From Bacteriovoracaceae bacterium (GTDB taxonomy: Bacteria; Bdellovibrionota; Bacteriovoracia; Bacteriovoracales; Bacteriovoracaceae): a stretch of DNA of 64,000 nt. The number at the start of each line of letters is the position of its first letter. The first letter of the stretch is position 1. Of this stretch, positions 1-9,507 are shown in pieces. The notes beneath the pieces are model-generated. The model did no database searches. It was not told the DNA's origin and saw nothing but the letters and a program-made list of their open reading frames with translations. Position numbers and translations under genes: made by a program. Where the stretch lies: NCBI GenBank assembly GCA_965217035.1, contig OZ244226.1, forward strand, positions 1,284,146 through 1,348,145. Reading direction: 5' to 3'.

Positions 1-141
1 GGATTTGGTTCTGCAGGAATTGGGATTCAAGGTAAAAGGGTTCACTGGGACCTCACAACCTATGCTGTTGATTTAAGCCAAGCTGAAATCAGAGGTCGCG
101 AAGACCGTCGCTTTGTCCTCTCTATGGCTTCAGGATTCTAG
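1..141 (+). CDS. 3' end of a gene entering the window; probable outer-membrane beta-barrel protein
   Basis: Frame 1 open to TAG at 139-141: GFGSAGIGIQGKRVHWDLTTYAVD...RRFVLSMASGF*; alternating beta-strand pattern and terminal Phe. Not in the ORF track. Confidence 0.5.
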   Translation, partial: GFGSAGIGIQGKRVHWDLTTYAVDLSQAEIRGREDRRFVLSMASGF

Positions 142-1259
142 TGTACGAAATTGTGTCTATTCTTTCGACCTGGGAATCGATGCCCAACATTTCCTAAAAA
201 ACTTGTCTTAATCTCTGCAATCGAAGCAATTCTTCTTTCTGCTAAACGATCAGTTGCTGTATGAACAGCAATATTCTCATCATCAGAGAGTTTAAAAATA
301 TCGAGACTCGTATCATAGATCTTATCAATCATTCTTCGAGATTTCGTATCACTCCATCCTTCAAATTCAATACTTACATTCATAAGGCCACCAGCATTGA
401 TAAGATAATCAGGAGCATAGAGGATCTCTCTATTTTTAAGTTCATCTCCATGACGGTCTTCTGCTAATTGGTTATTAGCAGCACCACAAATGATCTTTGT
501 CTTAAGTCTTCCAATCGTATCATCGTTAATAGAAGCTCCAAGTGCACATGGAGAATGAACATCACATTCAATATCAAAGATTTCATCAGGGTTTACCAAC
601 TCTGCAGAAGGAATAGCTTCTTTAAACCTTTCAATATTTGAATTACTGATATCTGTAAAAAAGATTTTTGCGCCACCATTATCAAGAAGTTTTCCAAGCT
701 CAAAACCAACTGCTCCAACTCCTTGAATAACAACGATCTTGTCTCTTACTGAACGCTTTCCATTCACTTTAGTAAGAGCAGCTTCCATTCCTCTAAAAAC
801 ACCAAGCGCTGTATAAGGAGCAGGGTTACCAGAACCACCATGAACTTTTGCAACTCCTACGCAATTGCTTGTTTCAACGTAAACGTTTTCAATATCATCA
901 ACTGTAACGTTAACATCTTCAGCTGTTATATAGCGACCATTCAATGATTCAATAAAGCGCCCATAACTTCTAAAAAGTGCTTCTGATTTATCTTTCTTAG
1001 GGTCACCAATAATAACGCCTTTACCACCACCAAGATTTAGACCAGAAACAGCAGCTTTATAAGTCATTCCTTTTGAAAGTCTAAGAACATCAACAAGTGC
1101 TTCTTCCTCAGTAGCATAGTTCCACATTCTCGTTCCACCTAAGGCTGGTCCAAGAGTTGTATTATGAATGGCCACAATAGCTTTAAGGTTACAAGAAGGA
1201 TCACTGAAGTATACAACTTGTTCGTGTCCCATTGAGTAGATGCTTTCAAATGTTGCCAT
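138..1259 (-). CDS. ldh: Glu/Leu/Phe/Val dehydrogenase (leucine dehydrogenase type)
   Basis: GPALGGTR, GMTYK, GGGK, AEDV, GVGAVG Rossmann motif, GAANNQL. Confidence 0.92.
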   Translation of the reverse strand: MATFESIYSMGHEQVVYFSDPSCNLKAIVAIHNTTLGPALGGTRMWNYATEEEALVDVLRLSKGMTYKAAVSGLNLGGGKGVIIGDPKKDKSEALFRSYGRFIESLNGRYITAEDVNVTVDDIENVYVETSNCVGVAKVHGGSGNPAPYTALGVFRGMEAALTKVNGKRSVRDKIVVIQGVGAVGFELGKLLDNGGAKIFFTDISNSNIERFKEAIPSAELVNPDEIFDIECDVHSPCALGASINDDTIGRLKTKIICGAANNQLAEDRHGDELKNREILYAPDYLINAGGLMNVSIEFEGWSDTKSRRMIDKIYDTSLDIFKLSDDENIAVHTATDRLAERRIASIAEIKTSFLGNVGHRFPGRKNRHNFVH

Positions 1260-1340
1260 GCAAAAAATCCTTTATATAGAGATAGTCTATTTTTGATTGT
1301 TTAAGTAGAATTTTTATAGAGTTTAAGGAGTAAAAGGAAC

Positions 1341-1643
1341 ATGCACACTGTGTTAAATCTCTCAAAAAATCAAGAGGTTAGCATCGATAACGAAGAAACT
1401 ATTTATGAAGGTTTCTTGAAAGAAGGGATCGACCTCCCTCATGGCTGCCTAGCAGGAAGCTGTGGGGTTTGCTTTATAAAAATTGAAGAGGGTGCAAAAA
1501 ACCTCAGGGAACCTAAAACAATCGAACAAGACACTGTCGATACTATTAAAAAAGCTAGATCACTCTCTGAACAAGACAACTATCGACTTTCATGTCGAGC
1601 AAGAGTTAAAGGCAAGGTTTCTTTTAGTCTTCCTGAGAAATAA
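1341..1643 (+). CDS. 2Fe-2S ferredoxin
   Basis: CLAGSCGVC...RLSC plant-type cluster motif; AGGAG SD upstream. Confidence 0.9.
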   Translation: MHTVLNLSKNQEVSIDNEETIYEGFLKEGIDLPHGCLAGSCGVCFIKIEEGAKNLREPKTIEQDTVDTIKKARSLSEQDNYRLSCRARVKGKVSFSLPEK

Positions 1644-2304
1644 CTCGGAAAAAATCATCTCTCGAAAATGGAAAGCTAAGATACTCATGAACACCCTCGG
1701 GTGAATTCTGGTGAGCTTGTACTTTTTCAGGTGTTAAGTTCTTCGCAACGATAGCTATTTTTATAGATGGAAACTTGCTTTTCACTTTTGGAATAAGTTG
1801 TGAACAAAGTTTTGGATAAGCGCTGTAGTTCAAAAATAAAACAATATTGCTTCCCGATTGAAGTTCTCTTGGTAGCGCTTCAAACTCTTCAATAATCCTG
1901 TAATTTAAATTTTCATCAAGCTCTTTTACGAGGTAAGCAAAAAACTCACTTCTGTAGTCAAAAAATACTAATTTCGGAAGTGGATTTTCTTCAACAACAA
2001 TCTCTTGCTCTGGAGAAGCTGTTGGAGCAGAAGGAATATCTTCAGGAATTTCCATCTTTAAAGAAATATCCTTCAAATCCATTTCAAGCTCTTCTTCGGA
2101 AACATTCTCATTTAACTCCAAAGACATTTTATTAATCTCTTCTGATGATTGAGAGGCTAAATCAATTGTTGATGCTTTATCTTCATCTTTAGATGATTCC
2201 TCTTCAATTACCCCTTGTTGCTTAAAATATTCACGAACCTGAGCATCGACTGTAAACTTAATGTCTACTTCAGGGTCGAACTCTTTTTTCTCGTCATCAC
2301 TCAT
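1624..2304 (-). CDS. Protein with acidic N-terminus and C-terminal pseudo-receiver (CheY-like) domain
   Basis: LVFFD / VLFLNY / IKIAIVA / YLSFPF receiver-like pattern; phospho-Asp and Lys not conserved. Confidence 0.5.
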   Translation of the reverse strand: MSDDEKKEFDPEVDIKFTVDAQVREYFKQQGVIEEESSKDEDKASTIDLASQSSEEINKMSLELNENVSEEELEMDLKDISLKMEIPEDIPSAPTASPEQEIVVEENPLPKLVFFDYRSEFFAYLVKELDENLNYRIIEEFEALPRELQSGSNIVLFLNYSAYPKLCSQLIPKVKSKFPSIKIAIVAKNLTPEKVQAHQNSPEGVHEYLSFPFSRDDFFRVISQED

Positions 2305-2305
2305 A

Positions 2306-3298
2306 CTATAAACCTTGGAGCAAACGATCTCTTTTCTCTTTTCTCATAATAGAGTTTATTGCGTCGGCAGAATCTACTGCTGTATCCCAAGCTGTATAAA
2401 TCTGCTTTTTTATATTAGCTCTTAAATCACCGGCTACATATAGACCAGGAACCGACGATTCTCCCTTTTCTGACGTGACGACAAAGCCTCTCTCATCAAG
2501 ATCAGCCCCAGCCTCTTTTGCAAGTTCATTGTAGACAATCATTCCTAGAGATATGAAACACATTTCAGTAGGAACAGTCCTTCCACAACATAAAATAAAA
2601 GCTTCAAGTTTTCCTGACTTAGGATCTCCCAGAACTTGGTGGATAGGTTCTTCATAAACATCAATATTATAAAGCTTAATCAGTTTTTCTGACTCTTCAG
2701 AGAATTCTGGTTTCTGACCATTCGTAATAATTGTCATATTCGGAACATTATAACGTTCATGAAGAATAAAAGCAGTCCATGCAGCAACATTCGAATGCCC
2801 AATAATACTTACTTCTTTTTCGTAAACATGATGTCCATCACATCTCAAACAATAATCAGCTGTTTGCTTGTTAGCATAAGGAAGAATATCTCTTATAGAA
2901 TCATTAATCTCTGGTTGAGTATCCATTACTCCTGTACAAAGAATAACAAACTTCGTTCTGTAATTCTCACCATTAGAATCAATAAGCTCAAAGAATTCGC
3001 CATTTTTTTTAAGGGAAGTTATTCCTATATTTTTTTTCCAATGAAAATTATGCTTAAGACTACATTCAGAAAGCCATTCTAGTGACTCATTGTTTGGATT
3101 TTCAATTCCTCTCTCATACTTTAGATGAGCTGGCATATTTTCTACTTTCTTAACCCATCTCTCTCTCGACTTCTTTCTATCTTTTGGAGTTCCAGGAAAA
3201 AATAAAGTTTCGTCATTATTAAGAACGGTTCTTATAGTGGCCATGACTCCAGCTGAGCCACCACCAATAACAGCAATTGAATATACTTTATCAGTCAT
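2306..3298 (-). CDS. Thioredoxin-reductase-like FAD-dependent disulfide oxidoreductase
   Basis: GGGSAG, ILCTG, CLRCDG redox motif, SSVPGLYVAGD. Confidence 0.85.
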   Translation of the reverse strand: MTDKVYSIAVIGGGSAGVMATIRTVLNNDETLFFPGTPKDRKKSRERWVKKVENMPAHLKYERGIENPNNESLEWLSECSLKHNFHWKKNIGITSLKKNGEFFELIDSNGENYRTKFVILCTGVMDTQPEINDSIRDILPYANKQTADYCLRCDGHHVYEKEVSIIGHSNVAAWTAFILHERYNVPNMTIITNGQKPEFSEESEKLIKLYNIDVYEEPIHQVLGDPKSGKLEAFILCCGRTVPTEMCFISLGMIVYNELAKEAGADLDERGFVVTSEKGESSVPGLYVAGDLRANIKKQIYTAWDTAVDSADAINSIMRKEKRDRLLQGL

Positions 3299-3304
3299 AT
3301 TAAT

Positions 3305-3333
3305 AGGTTACCGGGAATGGTCTTTGTCTTCAA
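3305..3333 (-). promoter_or_regulatory. Putative sigma70 promoter giving a leaderless transcript
   Basis: TTGAAG-N17-TAACCT-N6-ATG(3298); no SD. Confidence 0.55.
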
Positions 3334-3344
3334 GTTTTTGGTAA

Positions 3345-4703
3345 TTAATTGGATGGAAGCTCATCAGCCTTCTCGATAAGAGTCTCTGCTTCAGAACCAT
3401 TCCCATTTTTGATTATAGCTTCAGACGAATATTTAATTTTAGCGGCATCCTCAATACTTTTGACTGTAACCTCTTCGATATTGGATCCGACAACTTTGGT
3501 CAATTCAAAGCTATAATTTTCCCAAAGAATAACTTGCCCTTCTTTAGGAAAATTATTTTCGATCATTTCTAAAATAAAACCAATCAATGTTGAGTAATTA
3601 TCATTAAGAGGAATTTTTATATCATATTCAGACGCAAGATCTCGAAGAGAAATAATTCCGGGAACGACCAATCCTTCTGCATCAAGAGATTGTTCGAGTC
3701 TTGGAATACCGTCATCTTCAGTATCATGCTCATCTTGAATTTCTCCAAAAATTTCTTCCATAATATCTTCGAGAGTGATCATCCCTACAATGACATTGTT
3801 TTCATCCTTAACCAAGGCTAAGTGAACTTTATTCCTATTCATATGATCAAAAACAGCATTGATTTTCATATTTTCAAAAACAAAAAATGGATCTTTTAAA
3901 TAAGACTCTATATCAAAGGTTTTTTCTTCTCCTACGCCAACAAATGCAAGATCTTTCACGTGGAGAAAACCTAAGACCTGATCAAGATCATCATCATAAA
4001 CAGGATAACGGCTATGGGCGACTTCTCTGACTAGCTCTAGAACTGTTTTAAAATTTGATTCTTTCTCAATTGCATAGATTTTATTTCTAGGAACCATGAT
4101 ATCCTTAACCTTAATTTTAGGAAACTCTAAAATCGAATTAAGAAGATCGACTTGCTTGGAATCTATTGAATTTTCTTTACCTGCTTGATTGACCATAAAC
4201 TCAATATCATCATCAGTAATAACTCGGCCATTAAGACGTGCATTTTTTCCGAAAACTTTTTGAATAATAAAAGACAATGGAAAAACAATCATAAAAAGTA
4301 GTCTATAAACCCACTTCAAAAAAACAACGGTTGGATATGCAAGTATTTCTGCTTTCGAGCGAGCAATAGTCTTCGGTACTATTTCACCCGCAATAAGAAT
4401 CGCAAATGTTGTAACCCCAACACTGACAGCAATAGCGTCTTCAAACATTCTCGTAGCAATTGAAGTTGCTAAAGCAGCAACGTAGATATTAACAACGTTA
4501 TTTCCAACCAAGATCGTTGTTAAAAGTTCTGAAGGTTTTTTGGCCATAAACTCAAAAGCTTTTCCTCTTCGACCACCTTCCTCAATAATTTGCTTAGCCC
4601 TCTCAAGAGGAATAGACATAAGTACAGCTTCAGAACCAGAGAAAACTCCGGAAAGAACAAGCCCAGCAAGAAATAAAATAATCTCAGATGTCTCAATAAG
4701 CAT
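3345..4703 (-). CDS. CNNM/CorB (hemolysin-family) Mg2+-transport protein, DUF21-CBS-CBS-CorC
   Basis: FSGSE, TILVGNN, GEIVPK, DIMVPR, HSRYPVY, LEDIMEEIFGEIQDEHD. Confidence 0.92.
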   Translation of the reverse strand: MLIETSEIILFLAGLVLSGVFSGSEAVLMSIPLERAKQIIEEGGRRGKAFEFMAKKPSELLTTILVGNNVVNIYVAALATSIATRMFEDAIAVSVGVTTFAILIAGEIVPKTIARSKAEILAYPTVVFLKWVYRLLFMIVFPLSFIIQKVFGKNARLNGRVITDDDIEFMVNQAGKENSIDSKQVDLLNSILEFPKIKVKDIMVPRNKIYAIEKESNFKTVLELVREVAHSRYPVYDDDLDQVLGFLHVKDLAFVGVGEEKTFDIESYLKDPFFVFENMKINAVFDHMNRNKVHLALVKDENNVIVGMITLEDIMEEIFGEIQDEHDTEDDGIPRLEQSLDAEGLVVPGIISLRDLASEYDIKIPLNDNYSTLIGFILEMIENNFPKEGQVILWENYSFELTKVVGSNIEEVTVKSIEDAAKIKYSSEAIIKNGNGSEAETLIEKADELPSN

Positions 4704-4803
4704 AAATTGAGTTACTATCCTTTACTGAATCAAGGGGAATATTAAAGAAATTTTTCGATGGGGGCTCTATTTTAAGAATCTCCTTCAAATTGCTATTAAG
4801 CCT

Positions 4804-4831
4804 ATTATAGCATGTCTTAGGGCCGTGTAAA
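4804..4831 (-). promoter_or_regulatory. Putative sigma70 promoter with extended -10 for the CNNM gene
   Basis: TTTACA-N16-TATAAT preceded by TGn. Confidence 0.6.
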
Positions 4832-4887
4832 ATTAGTTCCAAAATTTTAAAAAAATTTAACCTTTCTAAGTATCTGAAATTACAAGG

Positions 4888-5337
4888 TTAGTGATCCAGA
4901 GGCTCTCCTTGAAAGTCATGATCGGAGTATTTTATCCGATCATTCATCTCGTGATTAAAGTCCGATAAATCACCAATGTTTTTTGGAGTTCTAAATATGG
5001 TATCGCATTTGTAACAAATTCCGATCCAACCTACCTTTTTAAAAAGTAGAAGGTCGATTAACCAAGCAATTATTAAACTAATACCGTAAGTCCAAATTGA
5101 AAGAATTGCAGCGACGATAAAAAGCACAACACCTATTTTGCGATTGAAATCTTTTTGTTTATAAAAGTCTTTTCTACCACAACAAGGGCAAACCTTTAAA
5201 ACTTCATCTTCTAATTCGCGTGTAACATTAATATCATGCACAGTTCCACAAACAGAACATTCTACCTTATTAGCCGATTGCTCAGGATTAAATTCCACTC
5301 CTGAACCACATTCAGTACATGTTAATTGAACGATCAT
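4888..5337 (-). CDS. Hypothetical membrane protein with zinc-ribbon motifs
   Basis: Four CxxC pairs (CTEC, CSVC, CPCC, CYKC) around a hydrophobic hairpin. Confidence 0.7.
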   Translation of the reverse strand: MIVQLTCTECGSGVEFNPEQSANKVECSVCGTVHDINVTRELEDEVLKVCPCCGRKDFYKQKDFNRKIGVVLFIVAAILSIWTYGISLIIAWLIDLLLFKKVGWIGICYKCDTIFRTPKNIGDLSDFNHEMNDRIKYSDHDFQGEPLDH

Positions 5338-6086
5338 ATTAATAAGCCCTTAGAATTATAAAGATAATAAGAAGCGAGCTCTCCAACAATCATAAAGAAC
5401 ACTATCACATAAAGTACACCTGTAGCACTCTGAGTAGATCTCATTTTACTTAGACGAAAGCTAAAATAGGAAAGGACTCCAATTGCTAAATATCCCCAAA
5501 GAACTCTCATCGAGATATAAACCATGTCCCACATATCTGTTTGCCCACTTTCAATTCCAAAATAAGAATAAATAGAAAGCAAAGCTTTAGCCCCCATTAT
5601 TCCCCATAATAAATAATGAAGAATAATCAGAGGACGCTCACTCAGCTTGGGCACAACTAAGTAATAATGCCCCAAAAGCATTGCAAAGGTCGTACATCCA
5701 ACAAATAAAAAACTCAAAAAAATAAAAAGTGACTCTACTGATAACTGTTTATAAAAAATAACGGCCAAGAGTGAAAGGAATCCAAAAATAATAAAAATAA
5801 TGGTATTTATTCCTCTTGGTTCTTGAGTTTTATCAAGCAAGAAATAATTGAGCACAATCAGAAAACTCGCCCCTCCAAGAACACTCAATAAACTAAAGCT
5901 CGGAACTTCAAGAGAAGAGATTGTCCAAATAAGTACAGCTGTCAGAATAGAACCAAAACAAACTGAGAGGATGAGTTTACCAAAACCTACTCCAGTTTCT
6001 TTAAGTGAAACAGCAGGGAAGAAAAAAACAAGACCAAGTCCAATATAGATTAAAAATTGACTCAGTGATTCTACGAGAGATGCCAT
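5334..6086 (-). CDS. Polytopic membrane protein, possibly DmsC/NrfD-anchor-like
   Basis: About 8 hydrophobic segments; MLLGHYYL and STQSATGVLY motifs. Confidence 0.55.
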   Translation of the reverse strand: MASLVESLSQFLIYIGLGLVFFFPAVSLKETGVGFGKLILSVCFGSILTAVLIWTISSLEVPSFSLLSVLGGASFLIVLNYFLLDKTQEPRGINTIIFIIFGFLSLLAVIFYKQLSVESLFIFLSFLFVGCTTFAMLLGHYYLVVPKLSERPLIILHYLLWGIMGAKALLSIYSYFGIESGQTDMWDMVYISMRVLWGYLAIGVLSYFSFRLSKMRSTQSATGVLYVIVFFMIVGELASYYLYNSKGLLI

Positions 6087-6517
6087 AAGCTGGTTTCAAA
6101 GTCCTTAAACTTCTTCTCATCTTTTCCAAAAAACTTTTCTAAATCACTGAAAATTTCATGATTTGCTTCTGGAATATTATTAAGATAGGAAGCATTGAGA
6201 TCGACTGGGAACCAATCCTTTAGTTCTACAGATTTTTTAATTACATATGTATAAAGGATAACATTTATTTCAGAGTATTCGTGTTGAGCCATTTTAAAGA
6301 GGGCCACATCTTTTGCCTCAAGGTCTACTCCAACCTCTTCTTTGATTTCTCTTATGACGGCATCAACGGGGCTTTCTCCTAACTCGATTTTTCCACCTGG
6401 AAATTCCCACTTCCCTTTTAAAGCACTTTCTTCGTCTCGTTTCTGAAGAAACACGTGAGGAACTCCATCAATATATTTATAGAAAATCCCTAAACTTACT
6501 AGAAGAAACTTTTTCAT
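6071..6517 (-). CDS. mutT: NUDIX hydrolase, MutT-like
   Basis: WEFPGGKIELGESPVDAVIREIKEEVG Nudix box; PEAN. Confidence 0.8.
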   Translation of the reverse strand: MKKFLLVSLGIFYKYIDGVPHVFLQKRDEESALKGKWEFPGGKIELGESPVDAVIREIKEEVGVDLEAKDVALFKMAQHEYSEINVILYTYVIKKSVELKDWFPVDLNASYLNNIPEANHEIFSDLEKFFGKDEKKFKDFETSLWHLS

Positions 6518-6525
6518 AATGATCC

Positions 6526-6966
6526 TTAAAAGTAATACCGAGCTATTAATCCAAACTCTAAATCAAAGTCAGTATCTTCAATAAGCGCGTAGAAACCTGA
6601 AACTTCAAAATTAAACTCCCAAGGCACATTCGAAAGGCGATGAGAAAGTCCTACTGGAACTCGAGGCCCAAAAAAGAAATCACTTTCATCATCATGATTC
6701 TCGTATTTAGCACCAATTCCATAATAAAGATCAAGTTTTACTGTCTCTATTTGGGCAATTCCTTTCTTCCACATCAAAAATGTTGCATAGAATTCAAATT
6801 CATCATCAACATCAAATCCTAATGCTCCATCGATAGAAATATCCTTATCAATGAAGTTATTTCCAGAAAATCCTGTAAGATTCCCTAAAACAATTCCACC
6901 ACCAAAGCTTCCACCTTGAGAATAGGCTGCGCTAATAGATAGTAAACAAGCTATTAAGAACTTCAT
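6526..6966 (-). CDS. Small outer-membrane beta-barrel protein
   Basis: Signal peptide, amphipathic beta strands, C-terminal RYYF. Confidence 0.7.
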   Translation of the reverse strand: MKFLIACLLSISAAYSQGGSFGGGIVLGNLTGFSGNNFIDKDISIDGALGFDVDDEFEFYATFLMWKKGIAQIETVKLDLYYGIGAKYENHDDESDFFFGPRVPVGLSHRLSNVPWEFNFEVSGFYALIEDTDFDLEFGLIARYYF

Positions 6967-8513
6967 TACTTCGCGATTCCTACAGAGCGGGTCTCTCTAA
7001 TAACAGAAACTTTTATTGAACCAGGATAAGACATTTCCTCTTCAATCTTTTTAGCAATATCTCTTGAGAGCACCACTGTTTTCTCATCATTAATTTTATC
7101 GTTTTCAACAAGAACTCGAATCTCTCTACCAGCTGAAATCGCATAACTCTTACGAACACCATCAAAACCGTTTGCAATTTTTTCAATATCGGAAACTCTT
7201 GAAACATAAGATTCTTTAAGAAATTTTCTAATACCTGGTCTCGCTCCAGAAAGAGCGTCAGCCGCCATTACAAGGTGAGCAAGAACCGTTTCGGGCTTAA
7301 CATCCTCATGGTGAGCACGTACTGCATGAACAATATCAGGAGCTTCTCCATATTTCTTAATAAAGTCTGCACCAACCATTGCATGTGATCCCTCAATCGA
7401 AGCATCCATTACTTTTCCAATATCATGAAGAAGTCCTGCTCTTCTCGCTTGCTTAACATTAAGACCAAGCTCTGCTGCCATCGCCCCACAAAGAAATCCA
7501 ACTTCCAGACTGTGTTGGTATTGATTCTGCATATAAGAAGTTCGCCAGTTAAGTGCTCCGAGCATTTTTAAAATCTCTGGATGCATTCCATGAACGCCGA
7601 TCTCCATCTGAGCTTTTTCACCAAGATCTCTCATTTGAGATTCCATCTGAACTTTTGATTTCTCATAAAGTTCTTCGATCTTTGCTGGATGAATCCGTCC
7701 ATCAGCAATCAATCTTTCAATGGTCATTTTAGCTATTTGTTTTCTTACAACATTGAAACATGAGATAACAACAATTCCTGGAGTGTCATCGATAACAAGA
7801 TCAACTCCGCAAATTTGCTCAAAAGCCCTAATATTCCGACCTTCTCTACCAATAAGTCGACCTTTAATTCCATCATCTGGAAGCTCAACAGAAGAGATCG
7901 TTTGTTCAGCGACATACTCACCAGCAAATCTTTGGATTGCTGTGCTAATGATTTTCTTCGACATCTTTTCTGATTGCTCTTGAGTTTCTTCTTCAATTCT
8001 CTTGAGTTCTTTAGCAGCATCAAGCTTTGCTTCTTCTGTATAAATTTCAACAAGCTCTGCTTTAATTTGATCTTTGCTTAAACCTGAAACACTTGAAAGC
8101 TTTTCCGTATACTCACCAACAACTCGATCGTACTTCTCTTCTTTCTCAGTAAGCTTTTTCTTCTCGCTTTCTAAGTCTTCTTCTTTATCTTTCAAACGAA
8201 TGACATTCTTTTGATGGTCTTCTTCTTTTCTTTCAAGCTGAAGTTCTTTTTTGGACAATACTCTCTCTTGATCATTAAGAGCTTTGTTCTTGTCACGATA
8301 TTCTTTTTCAAGACCTTGCTTTTCATCTCTGATGATCGCCTTCGCTTCACCTTTTGCTTGTTGTCTAATCTCATTTGCTTTTGATTTTGCCGAACGAATA
8401 ATATCGTCCCCTTTCTTTTCACGCTTCTTTTTGTCATTACTAACAACAATGAAAAGAACCAAGATTCCTATCGCAAATCCTACTACACCTGCAAGAATTA
8501 AATTTGCATCCAT
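6966..8513 (-). CDS. rny: Ribonuclease Y
   Basis: N-terminal TM, coiled coil, KH (KGRLIGREGRNIR), HD (LLHDIGK). Confidence 0.97.
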   Translation of the reverse strand: MDANLILAGVVGFAIGILVLFIVVSNDKKKREKKGDDIIRSAKSKANEIRQQAKGEAKAIIRDEKQGLEKEYRDKNKALNDQERVLSKKELQLERKEEDHQKNVIRLKDKEEDLESEKKKLTEKEEKYDRVVGEYTEKLSSVSGLSKDQIKAELVEIYTEEAKLDAAKELKRIEEETQEQSEKMSKKIISTAIQRFAGEYVAEQTISSVELPDDGIKGRLIGREGRNIRAFEQICGVDLVIDDTPGIVVISCFNVVRKQIAKMTIERLIADGRIHPAKIEELYEKSKVQMESQMRDLGEKAQMEIGVHGMHPEILKMLGALNWRTSYMQNQYQHSLEVGFLCGAMAAELGLNVKQARRAGLLHDIGKVMDASIEGSHAMVGADFIKKYGEAPDIVHAVRAHHEDVKPETVLAHLVMAADALSGARPGIRKFLKESYVSRVSDIEKIANGFDGVRKSYAISAGREIRVLVENDKINDEKTVVLSRDIAKKIEEEMSYPGSIKVSVIRETRSVGIAK

Positions 8514-8529
8514 TTTTTCACCTCTTCCG

Positions 8530-9084
8530 CTAACGCTCTACTTTAATTAACGCCTTCTCAGTCACAATATAGTCAACAGGTTCATCATGCTCGAGCCGCG
8601 GTAGCGCCCCATTATAAGAACACGAGTAAACAATACCAATTTTTACCCCTTTGAAATTTGTAAGAAGTCTATCGTAATAGCCTCCACCACGCCCAAGGCG
8701 ATAGCCTTGTTCATCGAAGGCCAATCCGGGGATTAACAAAGCTTCAGGCTCTACACGCTCACCTCTTTTTTCTTCAGAAAGACTAATTCCAATTCCGCTT
8801 TCCAAGTTTTTTGAAGTGAAATATTCCATTGATTTCGATTTTTTATCAATAACAGGATATCCAAGTGTATAGTTTTTATTTGAAAGGGACGGTCTCCAAT
8901 CAACCTCATCTTTCAGGGGAGAATAGACACCAAACGAACTTGTTCCCTTGAGGCTCATTAGTAAATTATCTAGGTTTGATTGAATTCCTTCCGATAAACT
9001 CTTTGAATCAACAGAATTAACAAATTTTTGGATCTTTGACTTGTACTCAGATCTAAGAATATTTTTCTGTTCCGCGATACTCAC
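8530..9084 (-). CDS. fau: 5-formyltetrahydrofolate cyclo-ligase
   Basis: PGLAFDEQGYRLGRGGGYYDR; HD..VD.IVTE; GTG start. Confidence 0.93.
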   Translation of the reverse strand: MSIAEQKNILRSEYKSKIQKFVNSVDSKSLSEGIQSNLDNLLMSLKGTSSFGVYSPLKDEVDWRPSLSNKNYTLGYPVIDKKSKSMEYFTSKNLESGIGISLSEEKRGERVEPEALLIPGLAFDEQGYRLGRGGGYYDRLLTNFKGVKIGIVYSCSYNGALPRLEHDEPVDYIVTEKALIKVER

Positions 9085-9126
9085 GTTTACACCTATATAA
9101 ATACCGAAGAATAAAAAGGGACTGGT

Positions 9127-9444
9127 TTACTGATTAACAGTTGAATCAGTTAAAACAGTAAACTTATCGATAAATTTCATTGCATCGCCTATAGAGGATT
9201 GAAGTTCCTCAAGGCTTTTCTGGTAATCTTTTTCTAGTTGTAATTTATCGTTAGCTAATTTTAAGGCGACAAGAAGAGCTGTCCGCCCATCACCTTGGTA
9301 GCCATTTTGAGAAATTGCTTCTGCTTCTTTCGTAAGAAGCTCAACAACTTCCTGTGCATTGACGCTTTCATCCGCTTGCGGAGTGAAACGCACTTTATGT
9401 CCAAATATATCAAATTCCATTACTTCGGTAGGTTCGATACTCAT
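9127..9444 (-). CDS. zapA: Cell division protein ZapA
   Basis: Size, IFGH, ALLVALKLAND followed by coiled coil; position upstream of fau/rny. Confidence 0.75.
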   Translation of the reverse strand: MSIEPTEVMEFDIFGHKVRFTPQADESVNAQEVVELLTKEAEAISQNGYQGDGRTALLVALKLANDKLQLEKDYQKSLEELQSSIGDAMKFIDKFTVLTDSTVNQ

Positions 9445-9450
9445 TGATTC

Positions 9451-9479
9451 AGATTAGTGAAAATTCCCATTTTCGTCAA
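9451..9479 (-). promoter_or_regulatory. Putative sigma70 promoter giving a leaderless zapA transcript
   Basis: TTGACG-N17-TAATCT-N6-ATG(9444); no SD. Confidence 0.6.
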
Positions 9480-9507
9480 TGCGACATGATGAAAAAATAA
9501 AATACAT

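Noticed and set aside
4867..4880. IHF-like sites (also near 19668 and 28955)
   Set aside because: The consensus is too degenerate to be meaningful in AT-rich DNA.
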